Shown: positions 32,493-41,625, counted from the stretch's first letter. The stretch: DNA of 64,000 nucleotides from Candidatus Woesebacteria bacterium UBA5941 (GCA_002430735.1 DJCV01000013.1:33460-97459); one strand, 5' to 3'. A program made the numbers and translations. The notes: generated from the letters alone by a model not told the origin.

Positions 32493-33233
32493 ATGGATAC
32501 TGAAGTGAAAAGTGAAAAAAAGAAGCGGCGTGTTCCTCAATTTTTAATTACCAAGATTCTTCCACTGGTTCTTGTTGCGACGATTGGAGCTGCTGGAATG
32601 TACCTACTTGTAAGCAAGAACCCGTCTGTCATGGGAATTACTACTAATAGTGAAGCCGACAGTGCGAAAGAAGTGGAAGCGCTCGTAAATGAGGTTAATA
32701 AAATAATGACGCTGCCTACTGATGAATCGCCAACGATTGCGACCGTGAGTGACGCAGAAAAAATTAAGGCTCAATCATTTTTTAAAAACGCTCAGAATGG
32801 AGACAAGCTCTTGGTATATACCAAAGGACGAAAAGCAATTCTCTATAGACCAAGCGATAAACGTATTATTGATGTCGGTGTTATAAACATTAACCAACCA
32901 CAAGCAAACGCAACTACTTCTGGGTCACAACAAAATATCACCCCTGCCACTAAAACATATCGAATCGCTCTCTATAATGGCACGACAACCGTCGGAGCTA
33001 CAAAAGAGGTGGAAGGAGCAGTCAAAGCAGTATTTCAAGACGCACAGTTTGTAGAACGCTCTGTCGCAGCCCTTACAGATTATGCGGAAACAATTGTTGT
33101 TGACCTGAATGGAAACCGTGGAGATGACGCAAAGAAAATTGCAGAAGCATTAAGAGTTTCATTGAGTGCACTTCCAGATGGAGAAGAGAAACCTGAGAAT
33201 GCAGACTTTTTGATTATCGTTGGTGGGCAATAA
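32493..33233 (+). CDS. membrane-anchored LytR C-terminal domain protein (paralog)
   Basis: LPTDESPTIATV...FFKNAQNGDKLLVY; IALYNGTTTVG...DFLIIVG. Confidence 0.8.
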   Translation: MDTEVKSEKKKRRVPQFLITKILPLVLVATIGAAGMYLLVSKNPSVMGITTNSEADSAKEVEALVNEVNKIMTLPTDESPTIATVSDAEKIKAQSFFKNAQNGDKLLVYTKGRKAILYRPSDKRIIDVGVININQPQANATTSGSQQNITPATKTYRIALYNGTTTVGATKEVEGAVKAVFQDAQFVERSVAALTDYAETIVVDLNGNRGDDAKKIAEALRVSLSALPDGEEKPENADFLIIVGGQ

Positions 33234-33262
33234 AAAAAGGCCGTTTAGGTAAACGGCCCCTT
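33232..33262. terminator. intrinsic terminator between convergent genes
   Basis: A-tract followed by the GGCCGTTTA-GG-TAAACGGCC inverted repeat. Confidence 0.75.
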
Positions 33263-33274
33263 GTCGAAATGAGG

Positions 33275-33592
33275 TTATGTATTCGCTGTGTCTGTGGTTT
33301 TTTTGCGCCGAAAAAGCTCTTGTGGCAGCGCTGCCATTTTTTCTTCTGCTTTCGGTGTAAAGAATGCTGCGGCCTCCGCGCTCACATATGCCTTCACAAT
33401 AATTGCAATCCAGCTTAAGAGTGAAACACCAAAGAGCGACGCAATCAGCGTTGCCGGGTTTAATGTTACAACCAGTGGTGCTCCATTAATGAGAATTGCT
33501 GGAGTGCTAAGCACCCAGATTGGCTCAACTTGCAGGATTGCAGTGTCGTTAAGAGCTGCGGCACAGACGAGTACAAGTATTACGAAAACCAT
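33275..33592 (-). CDS. small orphan membrane protein
   Basis: SD GAGAGGAG upstream of ATG; promoter TTGACA(33649-33644)-N17-TATTAT(33626-33621); hydrophobic segments; terminator downstream. Confidence 0.65.
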   Translation of the reverse strand: MVFVILVLVCAAALNDTAILQVEPIWVLSTPAILINGAPLVVTLNPATLIASLFGVSLLSWIAIIVKAYVSAEAAAFFTPKAEEKMAALPQELFRRKKTTDTANT

Positions 33593-33620
33593 GATCTGCT
33601 CCTCTCAATTTCGATAGCCT

Positions 33621-33688
33621 ATAATAGCATCATTCGCACTCACTGTCAAAACGGCAGCCTTGACGGGGTAGACCCAGTTTGATACAGT
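33621..33688. promoter_or_regulatory. back-to-back divergent sigma70 promoters
   Basis: Minus strand TTGACA-N17-TATTAT; plus strand TTGACG(33660)-N17-TACAGT(33683); both have an extended TG. Confidence 0.7.
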
Positions 33689-33696
33689 GCCTACAC

Positions 33697-33906
33697 ATGG
33701 CTGAGAAGAAAGCGCTTGATTTAAAAAATTTACCAGACCTACTCACAGTGAGGGAGGTTGCAGAAGTACTTCGTGTATCACCGCTCACGATCAAAAGATG
33801 GGGAAAGAAGGGTATTTTGCCTCCAATTCGTATTAATTCACGGGGAGATAGACGATATAAAAAGGAAGCTGTCCTTTGGAAATTAGGTATTACTTCTGAA
33901 AGTTAA
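33697..33906 (+). CDS. stand-alone BldC/Xis-like (HTH_17) DNA-binding protein
   Basis: LLTVREVAEVLRVSPLTIKRWGKKGILPPIRINSRGDRRY; ATG 8 nt after the -10 box. Confidence 0.88.
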   Translation: MAEKKALDLKNLPDLLTVREVAEVLRVSPLTIKRWGKKGILPPIRINSRGDRRYKKEAVLWKLGITSES

Positions 33907-33982
33907 TTCGTTTCTCGCTAAAAATGTGCTTCCGCTCTTGTTTTTGACGTTTTTGTAGTATAATACGCTCAACTTCTCTTCT

Positions 33983-34903
33983 ATGAAGAAATCCCTTATT
34001 ACTGTCACTACTGTGCTGTCACTTGTACTGAGCGTGCATGATATTCACGCTCAAACAGTCGTTCCTACTGCACGTCCGCGGGTCACAAGAACCGCGACTC
34101 CTACCGTGAGTCCAACTCCCTCTGAAACACCCGTTCCTACAGTCGAACCGGTTCCTACACAAAGGCCTGATATTACCCAAAGAACTGAAGAATCAGTCGG
34201 TCCGCTTGAAAAGATTTTGAAAGAAGAATCTTTAGGAGCAGTATGGAAGGCTCCACTTAAGCATGTTATCGCTCGAGCAGTTAAAAACGGAGTACCAGCA
34301 AATACTGTTGTACTGCTTCTCTTGTTGCCTGTGGTAGCTGCCTTCGTCGCAGGTGCAAGACATTTATTAGGACTTCAAGGGTTCGGGATCTTACTGCCTG
34401 CAGCGCTTGCTATTTCATTCTTAGCACTTGGCCCAATTGTTGGAATCGGCATGTTTTTAGTGATCATTGGAAGTTCAACACTTGGACGTATGTTCTTGCG
34501 TAAGATTAAGCTAAGACTACACTATTTACCTCGAATGTCCTTGCTCCTTGCATTTACAGTGCTCTGTATTTTAGGCGTGCTATTACTTGGCTCAACGATT
34601 AATGTCTCAGGTATTACCAACGTCTCAATTTTCCCCGTACTCTTTTTAGTTCTTCTCTCTGAAGACTTTATTCGTGTGCAATTAGGGAAGAGCTTCCATA
34701 CTGCCGTCAATATTACCGCTCAAACACTCTTGCTCGCGCTTGTTTCATACTTCTTCCTAACACTTTCTGAAATTCAGATGTTTGCTATTAAATATCCAGA
34801 AATCTTAATTGGGGGAGTACTTGTCATTAACATCGTATTAGGAAAGTTTTCCGGGCTCAGACTTCTTGAGTACTACCGTTTTAGAAAGTTAATTAAAAAG
34901 TAA
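33983..34903 (+). CDS. 7TM (transglutaminase-associated 7TM family) membrane protein with signal peptide and Pro/Thr linker
   Basis: LLLLPVVAAFVAGARHLLGLQGFG, LHYLPR, SIFP, GKFSGLRLLEYYRFR. Confidence 0.82.
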   Translation: MKKSLITVTTVLSLVLSVHDIHAQTVVPTARPRVTRTATPTVSPTPSETPVPTVEPVPTQRPDITQRTEESVGPLEKILKEESLGAVWKAPLKHVIARAVKNGVPANTVVLLLLLPVVAAFVAGARHLLGLQGFGILLPAALAISFLALGPIVGIGMFLVIIGSSTLGRMFLRKIKLRLHYLPRMSLLLAFTVLCILGVLLLGSTINVSGITNVSIFPVLFLVLLSEDFIRVQLGKSFHTAVNITAQTLLLALVSYFFLTLSEIQMFAIKYPEILIGGVLVINIVLGKFSGLRLLEYYRFRKLIKK

Positions 34904-34913
34904 CCTTACCACT

Positions 34914-36227
34914 ATGAAACTGAATCACATCCTAGGGCTGAACGCTCGAAGCCAGCATTTTACGTTCCAAAGTAACACCCGCGAGGGGAAGCGTATTGCA
35001 AAGTCTAAAATCCTCACAGCAAAACATCTCAAAAAACTCGGAATCCCTACACCGCGCATCTATAAAAAGTTTTTTAAGCCAGAACATATCATGGATTTTG
35101 ACTGGAAGCAGCTGCCTTCAAGCTTTGCATTAAAACCAAGCAAAGGATTGGGTGGTGGGGGAATTATTGTGATCAAAAGAAAGAGTAAAGACGGAAAATT
35201 CTGGACTACAACCAATAAAGAGAAGCTCACCATAGACGATATGAAGCTCCATGTACTCGACATTTTAGAAGGAGCGTTTAGTATTGGCAGTGTTCCAGAC
35301 TCAGCTTTTATTCAAGAATATGTAGGTCGTCACAAGGCATTTACGCGATACGCGTACCGTGGAACTCCCGATATTCGCGTTATCGTGTTTAACAAAGTTC
35401 CGGTTATGGCAATGTTGCGACTTCCCACTAAAGAAAGTGGAGGAAGGGCAAATCTTCACCAAGGCGCTGTTGGAGTGGGTATCGATATCGCAACAGGGGT
35501 CACGACAAAGGCAATATGGCATGGGGAACCGATTAAATATAAGCCTGATTCAGACCGTAAGCTCACTGGAGTCAAGATTCCACAGTGGACTAAGATTCTT
35601 GAAACGGCCGCAAAATCGGCCGAAATTCCAGGACTTGGGTATATGGGCGTAGATATTGTGCTGCATCCAGAACGAGGACCAATGGTACTTGAAGTTAATA
35701 GCCAACCAGGTCTCCAGATTCAGCTTGCAAACTTAAGCGGCCTTAAAAAGCGTCTTGAGCGTGTGGATGATCTCGATGTTCAAGGGTTCGAACAAGGCGT
35801 TCGTATTGCCAAAGCGCTGTTTGCTGATAAGGAAGTGGTTGTCAGCATGAAGGCAGAAGAGGGAATTCAGACGGTAACTGCAGTACAAGAAATCACTCTC
35901 CGAGGCGAAAATAAAAAGAAAATGCAGGTTATGGCAAAACTAGATACAGGGGCATGGCGAACTTCTATTAGTCGTGATATCGCTGAAGACTTAGGATTGT
36001 TAAAGCCAGGTAACATTTTGTGGGAAAAGCGTGTGCAAAGCAGCTTAGGACTTGAACGCAGACCAATTATTCTTTTGACCTTTGTCCTTGCAGGGCGCAA
36101 AATAACCACAGATGCATCTGTGGCTCAACGAGCGTCGCTCAAATACCCAATGATTGTCGGTCGAAAGAATTTGAAAGGTTTTCTTATAGACCCAGGAATC
36201 AGGTATAATAAAAAGAATAGAGTATGA
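34914..36227 (+). CDS. alpha-L-glutamate ligase-like ATP-grasp protein fused to a RimB-like aspartyl protease
   Basis: LGLNAR, KPSKGLGGGGI, PDIRVIV, AMLRLPT, ANLHQG, LEVNSQPG; C-terminal AKLDTGAWRTSI...PMIVGR. Confidence 0.88.
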   Translation: MKLNHILGLNARSQHFTFQSNTREGKRIAKSKILTAKHLKKLGIPTPRIYKKFFKPEHIMDFDWKQLPSSFALKPSKGLGGGGIIVIKRKSKDGKFWTTTNKEKLTIDDMKLHVLDILEGAFSIGSVPDSAFIQEYVGRHKAFTRYAYRGTPDIRVIVFNKVPVMAMLRLPTKESGGRANLHQGAVGVGIDIATGVTTKAIWHGEPIKYKPDSDRKLTGVKIPQWTKILETAAKSAEIPGLGYMGVDIVLHPERGPMVLEVNSQPGLQIQLANLSGLKKRLERVDDLDVQGFEQGVRIAKALFADKEVVVSMKAEEGIQTVTAVQEITLRGENKKKMQVMAKLDTGAWRTSISRDIAEDLGLLKPGNILWEKRVQSSLGLERRPIILLTFVLAGRKITTDASVAQRASLKYPMIVGRKNLKGFLIDPGIRYNKKNRV

Positions 36228-37102
36228 AAATTACCCTCCTAACAACACTCCCTAGTTTAATTGAAAACCGCCGTATTAAAGAAGAAGTTGAGGCAAGAGG
36301 AGATACCTTTGCACTTGTGGATATGAAGGAATTCTCTTATAAGGTCATAAACGATACTCTTTCAGTACCTCAAATGGATGTATTACTTGCAAGCGATGTT
36401 GTTATTGTAAGAGGAATCTTTAATGCAGTGAAATCAATTGCTTCCCTTGTTGCCTATTTAAGAGCGAAAGGTGTTCGCGTGTTCGACAATAATTTGAGCT
36501 CACACCCGTATTCTATTGATAAAGTAGTTGATGTTTTTAAGCTCGCTTTAGCTCACATCCCAACTCCAAACACTGTGTACGCAAGGTCATTTGATGAATA
36601 CCCACAGCTACTGGAACAAGTAGGGTACCCCGCTATTATCAAATCAACACGGATGGGGAAGGGAGTGGGGGTAAATAAATATGACACAAAAGAGGAGGCC
36701 GCGCAGTACATTAATGAGCTCAAATCAAACGATGCGAATGCGAAAAGTTACCTTATTCAATCATACATTCCATATGAACACGACCTTCGTGTACTTGTTA
36801 TTGGTCGCACAATGTATGCGATGAAAAGAATACCTCAATCTGGTGAATTTAGGGCGAATTTTTCGCTTGGAGGCAGTGTCGAGCCCTTCCCTTTGACGCC
36901 TGAAATTGAAGAGCTTTCGTTGAGAGCAATTACTGCCGTTGGATTAGAAATTGCAGGAGTAGATATTTTAATTGAACCGAATGGAAAAAAGTACATTCTG
37001 GAGGTAAACCACACTCCTGGATTTGAAGGTATGGAAAAAGCGCTTAACAGTAATATTGGCAGTAAGTTTTTAGAATACGTTCTAGACGCCGCTCATATAT
37101 AA
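36224..37102 (+). CDS. RimK-family ATP-grasp ligase
   Basis: DLRVLVIG, EFRANFSLGG, AGVDI, ILEVNHTPGFEG. Confidence 0.9.
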   Translation: MKITLLTTLPSLIENRRIKEEVEARGDTFALVDMKEFSYKVINDTLSVPQMDVLLASDVVIVRGIFNAVKSIASLVAYLRAKGVRVFDNNLSSHPYSIDKVVDVFKLALAHIPTPNTVYARSFDEYPQLLEQVGYPAIIKSTRMGKGVGVNKYDTKEEAAQYINELKSNDANAKSYLIQSYIPYEHDLRVLVIGRTMYAMKRIPQSGEFRANFSLGGSVEPFPLTPEIEELSLRAITAVGLEIAGVDILIEPNGKKYILEVNHTPGFEGMEKALNSNIGSKFLEYVLDAAHI

Positions 37103-37109
37103 TACCCAT

Positions 37110-38003
37110 ATGAAAATCCTTATTGTCGGCTTAAAAACGAATCCACAGCTTTATCGCTTGCAAGATGAGGCTGTTAAAAGAGGCCATCAGATTCACGGGT
37201 GTCTGACATCGGATCTTTCAATTGAGGCCTCTCAAAACGCATTTAAACCAGCCCTTTTGGAAGAAGACATTACCAGTTTTGACGTTATTTATTTATGGGC
37301 ACTTGGGAAACGACGATGGGAATGGTGCACTGCATGTTTATGGTTACAAGAACATTATGGAACTGTTATCGTAAATCAAAAATTAATTGATCCGACATAC
37401 AATTATTTTTTAAGTCCTGCAATTGATTATTTGCGACAAAAAGAAAACAAATTATTATTTCCAAAATCTGCAATTTTATTTTCATTAAAAACTTTAAACA
37501 AAGTTATCAAAAATTTTGAATTTCCATTAGTTGTTAAACCAAGCAATGGTCGCCAAGGCCGCGGCGTTTCTAAGGTACATACATTAGCAGAACTCTATAA
37601 ATCAATTGATGCGTTAAATGAAGACGAATCCCCAGCCTTTGTGTTACGTGAATTTATCCCGAATGATGGGGATATTCGTGTGTTTACGGTGGGATATAAG
37701 GCTATTGGGGCAATGAAAAGAACCCCTAAAAAAGGTGATTTTCGCAGTAACATTAGCCAAGGTGGCAGCGGAAAAAGTTTTAGTTTAGCCAAAAACCCTG
37801 AAGTGAAGAAAATTGCAGAAAAATTAAGCAAAATCACCCGAACTGAGATTGCGGGGGTAGACATAATGATCCACAAGAAGACTAAAAAGCCATATATTTT
37901 AGAAATCAACCCCGGTCCCCAATTCACAGGATTTGAGAAGTTTACTAAAATGAATGCTGCAAAAGAGATTATCCTCTACTTTGAGAAAATCGCGAAGAAA
38001 TAA
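37110..38003 (+). CDS. RimK-family ATP-grasp ligase (second copy)
   Basis: KPSNGRQGRGV, DIRVF, DFRSNISQGG, AGVDI, ILEINPGPQFTG. Confidence 0.9.
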   Translation: MKILIVGLKTNPQLYRLQDEAVKRGHQIHGCLTSDLSIEASQNAFKPALLEEDITSFDVIYLWALGKRRWEWCTACLWLQEHYGTVIVNQKLIDPTYNYFLSPAIDYLRQKENKLLFPKSAILFSLKTLNKVIKNFEFPLVVKPSNGRQGRGVSKVHTLAELYKSIDALNEDESPAFVLREFIPNDGDIRVFTVGYKAIGAMKRTPKKGDFRSNISQGGSGKSFSLAKNPEVKKIAEKLSKITRTEIAGVDIMIHKKTKKPYILEINPGPQFTGFEKFTKMNAAKEIILYFEKIAKK

Positions 38004-38031
38004 AAACGTCCACACGATGTGTGTGGACGTA
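38002..38031. terminator. intrinsic terminator between convergent genes
   Basis: A-tract followed by ACGTCCACAC-GATGT-GTGTGGACGT. Confidence 0.75.
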
Positions 38032-38055
38032 TCCCCAATTTGAGCGATATCTATA

Positions 38056-38466
38056 TTATTCAGGCATTGTGAACTGGATGTCGGTTATGTTCAGGGAAAT
38101 TTCATGACTACCATTTGCATCGGTGATGTTTACGATGAACTGGTTGTCATCGCCTTCCCCGTATACATGTATCGTTACATTCACTCCAGCACAAGTGAAT
38201 GATTCACGCAGCCGCTCAAATGCGTCACTCAAATTAAACTGCATTTCGGTGTCAGGAACTGGGATTGCTGATAAACCAAAGGGTATTTTCAGGATGTGTA
38301 CCTTCTGTTTGCTGTCCGTAACATGGACTTCAAACTGATCTTCGTCGTTCTCCCCTAAAACTTCAATGGATATACCCGCGTTAAGAATACCTGTGACTTC
38401 ACGCAGTTGTTCAAATGCCGCACTGAGTGTATCCGTTACAGCCAACTGCTCATTATGAGTTAACAT
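38056..38466 (-). CDS. acidic orphan protein made of two homologous halves
   Basis: SD AAGGAG upstream; LSAAFEQLRE...GENDEDQFEVHVTD vs LSDAFERLRE...GEGDDNQFIVNITD. Confidence 0.75.
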   Translation of the reverse strand: MLTHNEQLAVTDTLSAAFEQLREVTGILNAGISIEVLGENDEDQFEVHVTDSKQKVHILKIPFGLSAIPVPDTEMQFNLSDAFERLRESFTCAGVNVTIHVYGEGDDNQFIVNITDANGSHEISLNITDIQFTMPE

Positions 38467-38594
38467 TATTGTCTCCTTAAACTCAAATCGGTAACCGATA
38501 GTGTACTACTCAAGCCATCGTAAGTCAAAAAAGTAGCCTATATTGTATAAAAATGGTATAATGCCCTATCGTTTTTCTGCATGAGGAGGCTGTT

Positions 38595-39161
38595 ATGTCT
38601 GCATACGAAAAGCTCGTTAAAAACCTCGATCCCGGCATCGAAGCATTCAAGGAAGGAACACTGCCCCAACGTCTGGGTGACTATGCCCAATTTCGCGTGA
38701 TGCTCAGGGCGTTGTTGATAGGAGCGGAAATTGACTTCACCGGGCATGAAGCCTGGTCTGAAGCACAATTTCGTCGTCTGGATCAAGGTCGCGGGCCGGC
38801 GGTGGTTGCAGCGCTTGGACGTGAACGTGCAGAACAAATGGTGCATGATGCCGTTGCATATGCCGAATGGTATATGGGCGAGCAGTATTCCAGCGTGGTG
38901 CTGGAAGCAGGTATGCGGCAGGTGTTGGCCGATGTTTTGGCGGTAGCCATCCTGGACGGTGAGCGTTCACAGAAAGCGTTCAACTCGCTCCAAAAGCGTG
39001 TTTTGGCTGGATATCGCCGGTTGGCCGAAAAGAAGAATGCATTGAAACAATACGTGCCAGCCATTGATGCCCTGTTTCAGGGTGACCTGCCTGACAGCGG
39101 TTTTGGCGCTACGCCTGTGGGCGGCCTGACTTTCGTCATGCACATGTTCGACTCTGAATAA
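38595..39161 (+). CDS. orphan hypothetical protein, visibly GC-richer than its flanks
   Basis: SD GAGGAGG, upstream TATAAT, downstream terminator. Confidence 0.75.
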   Translation: MSAYEKLVKNLDPGIEAFKEGTLPQRLGDYAQFRVMLRALLIGAEIDFTGHEAWSEAQFRRLDQGRGPAVVAALGRERAEQMVHDAVAYAEWYMGEQYSSVVLEAGMRQVLADVLAVAILDGERSQKAFNSLQKRVLAGYRRLAEKKNALKQYVPAIDALFQGDLPDSGFGATPVGGLTFVMHMFDSE

Positions 39162-39175
39162 GGGTTGAGCAGACC

Positions 39176-39214
39176 AGCTGGGGTGGATTCACATCTGCCC
39201 CAGCTTTTTTATTT
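39176..39214 (+). terminator. intrinsic terminator
   Basis: AGCTGGGGTGGAT-TCAC-ATCTGCCCCAGCT followed by a T-tract. Confidence 0.85.
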
Positions 39215-39228
39215 GATAAAATACCTAT

Positions 39229-39603
39229 ATGAACTATTTTCTTGCGAAAACAGAAGCTGAAGAGTATTCCATTGATGACCTGAAACGTGATGGAAAGATT
39301 CCGTGGACTGGAGTTAATAACCCGCAGGCTAAAAACTTTTTAAAGTCTATGGTGAAGGGAGACTTGGTATATATTTATCATACCGGTAATGTTAAGGCGA
39401 TTGTTGGATTAGCTGAAGTCATAGAAGAAGGTGAAGTACCAGTGTTTTCGTACAAAAAGACATTTACTCCTCCACTTGCAACACTCCATGAAATAAAATC
39501 ATATGAGGAGTTTTCAGATTTAAAGTTAGTCAGACAATCACGACTTTCAGTTATGGATGTTCCACCAAAACTTCTTTCATTTCTTCAAAAAAAGGCACAA
39601 TAA
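39229..39603 (+). CDS. EVE domain protein
   Basis: YFLAKTE..YSIDDL, WTGVNNPQAKNFL, GDLVYIYHTG, RQSRLSV. Confidence 0.92.
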   Translation: MNYFLAKTEAEEYSIDDLKRDGKIPWTGVNNPQAKNFLKSMVKGDLVYIYHTGNVKAIVGLAEVIEEGEVPVFSYKKTFTPPLATLHEIKSYEEFSDLKLVRQSRLSVMDVPPKLLSFLQKKAQ

Positions 39604-39630
39604 AAGCCGAAGATAGTTCCTCGGCTTTAT
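39602..39630. terminator. bidirectional terminator
   Basis: AAAGCCGA...TCGGCTTT between convergent genes. Confidence 0.65.
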
Positions 39631-39642
39631 TACGCATTGATC

Positions 39643-40197
39643 CTAAAAAGGTGCATAGAGATAAATGCGATGCGGCGCATTTGCTCGATCTCGAATTTCA
39701 ATGAAACCGTGCTTTGCCTCATAAAACGGTTCACCTTCATTTTGCATCAGTTTAAAAAGCGTTGTGAGCGCAAGCAAAATGTGTTCCTTGGCGGTGGTAA
39801 TCTCAGGCGGTGTCGCTAAACACATCCCAACGTTTGGAAATACCTTTACTTCAAGGTTCATGTGATCCAATTCTTCACCTATCAGGGTAAATGCATTGGT
39901 CACCCTGATCTCGGGCGTTCGATACGGGTTGATGGGATTTTCTACTGTCACAATCAAATGCGGATATGATGCCAAGTCACTGGTTATGTAAATGCCCTTT
40001 GGTGCATATCGTGGTTCTACTGTTGTGTATTGCTTGAGTAACCACATGATCACGTGGGTTAAATATTCCCCAGTGATATCTTTATCCCACGGATTTGATA
40101 AAAGCATTCCAGATTGCCGACTAACCATATTGGGTCGAATTCCCCAACGTGCTAATAACCTCGCCGCTTGACCTAAGACATTCTTTCCCTCTGACAT
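39643..40197 (-). CDS. orphan hypothetical protein
   Basis: SD GGAGG upstream of the MSEGK start; ORF track gives a longer 199-aa frame. Confidence 0.65.
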   Translation of the reverse strand: MSEGKNVLGQAARLLARWGIRPNMVSRQSGMLLSNPWDKDITGEYLTHVIMWLLKQYTTVEPRYAPKGIYITSDLASYPHLIVTVENPINPYRTPEIRVTNAFTLIGEELDHMNLEVKVFPNVGMCLATPPEITTAKEHILLALTTLFKLMQNEGEPFYEAKHGFIEIRDRANAPHRIYLYAPF

Positions 40198-40269
40198 GAG
40201 AACCTCCAAAATGTACACCTGTAATGTGGGCAAGTATATCATTTTACCCGTAAATATGCGAAAAAAATG

Positions 40270-41097
40270 TTAGCGAGATGAAGTAAAGCTATCTTCTAAA
40301 ACGGAGAGGAGTCCAGCCGTAACCGCTGATTGCTCTCCCTGAATCACCACCCGAGACCCACGTTGCATCTCGTGGTTATTAAATCCATCCGGGGCGTCAT
40401 TATGTATTTCAACAATGTACCCACCGGTATCTGGTCTGTTTTGTTCGTCAATCATGTTGAAATATGTTTGACGTCTCCTGAGCGCGAGTACATCTTGATC
40501 CTCTGCTTTTAGTAATTCAAGTACTCGGAATCTATTTATTTTACTCGAATCGGGTTCAAGTGATGCATCTAACATATATTTAGTAAGGTCTTGATTTTGA
40601 GGTGATTCAAATGGCTCTGAAAGATATCGAATAGCAATGTAGTTTGCATCGGCAATTGCTGCTGAAAACTCTTCAATTGTTGCAAGAGTTATGCGGTCTC
40701 CATTTGAGGAGTCATATGAGGAACTGTGAGCGCTAACCGTTTCGCTATTTTTGGTCAGCTCAACAATACGTCCGTCGTGTGTTTTGCACTCCACGTCTAT
40801 GCGTGCAATTCCTTTCGGCATTGCTGCTTCAGTAAATGGCTCCACCACCCCTGCCACTTGGTTTTCATAGTAGCTCCAATGCACATTTGTGCTCTCATCA
40901 ATTTTATTGATGATGTCGAGCAATATTTCTCCTTCAGGTAAGCCTTCACTCGTTCTTCTCTCTGGATGAAGTGTCATGCCTTGGTGTGCGAGACCTGTAC
41001 CGATAACAGTTCCAGCAAGAGCAAATTTTCCAACGTTCTTTAAAAATTCTCGCTTTGAGGGGTCTTTTAGACCTTCGTTTTCGTGATCAGTATCCAC
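40270..41097 (-). CDS. hypothetical protein with Tat-like N-terminal anchor
   Basis: SKREFLK followed by a hydrophobic stretch; 275-aa ORF. Confidence 0.7.
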   Translation of the reverse strand: MDTDHENEGLKDPSKREFLKNVGKFALAGTVIGTGLAHQGMTLHPERRTSEGLPEGEILLDIINKIDESTNVHWSYYENQVAGVVEPFTEAAMPKGIARIDVECKTHDGRIVELTKNSETVSAHSSSYDSSNGDRITLATIEEFSAAIADANYIAIRYLSEPFESPQNQDLTKYMLDASLEPDSSKINRFRVLELLKAEDQDVLALRRRQTYFNMIDEQNRPDTGGYIVEIHNDAPDGFNNHEMQRGSRVVIQGEQSAVTAGLLSVLEDSFTSSR

Positions 41098-41152
41098 TTA
41101 TTGACTGTAGTAAAGGGTGGAAGGAATGTAAACGAGCAGATTTTCCTCCACT

Positions 41153-41178
41153 AAAAAATCCGCTGTTAAGCGGATTTT
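41153..41178 (-). terminator. rplJ-rplL terminator
   Basis: AAAATCCGCT-GTTA-AGCGGATTTT. Confidence 0.8.
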
Positions 41179-41200
41179 CTAGGAATAAAATAATAAACTA

Positions 41201-41608
41201 TTACTTTAATTCAACAGTAGCTCCTGCTGCTTTAAGCTTTTCAGCTGCTGATTTAGCATCTTCAGCTTTAGCATTTTCAAGAACTGTTGCTGGAACAGCT
41301 TCTGTTAAGTCTTTTGCTTCTTTAAGTCCTAAGTTTTGATTAATCTCACGAAGGGCCTTAATAACAGAAATTTTGTTAGCTCCAGTATCAGTCATAACAA
41401 CTGTTTGAGTTGAGCTTTCGCCTGCGGCTGCGGCTCCGGCTTCAGCTGGTGCTGCTGCAGCAGGGGCTGCTGCTGCGACCGGCATGGCGGAGACACCAAA
41501 CTTCTCTTGCAAAGCGGAAACCATATCAGCAAGTTCTAATACTGAAAGATTAGAAATTTCTTCAATGAGTTTTTCGACTTTTGCGGTTAGTTTCTTTTCG
41601 TCTGCCAT
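41201..41608 (-). CDS. rplL: 50S ribosomal protein L7/L12
   Basis: LSVLELADMVSALQEKFGVS, KISVIKALREI, LGLKEAKDL. Confidence 0.97.
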   Translation of the reverse strand: MADEKKLTAKVEKLIEEISNLSVLELADMVSALQEKFGVSAMPVAAAAPAAAAPAEAGAAAAGESSTQTVVMTDTGANKISVIKALREINQNLGLKEAKDLTEAVPATVLENAKAEDAKSAAEKLKAAGATVELK

Positions 41609-41625
41609 AGTTAGCTCACCTCCTC

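Noticed and set aside
33288-33617. Plus-strand 109-aa ORF
   Set aside because: The overlapping minus-strand ORF has the SD, promoter and terminator; this one has none
33697-33906. HTH_17 protein as the excisionase of a prophage or ICE
   Set aside because: No integrase, att duplication or phage genes in the window; a BldC-like regulator is more parsimonious
37380-37540. AT-rich patch inside the second RimK gene as a foreign insertion
   Set aside because: The frame is intact and explained by Lys/Asn/Ile/Phe-rich sequence; no junction signals
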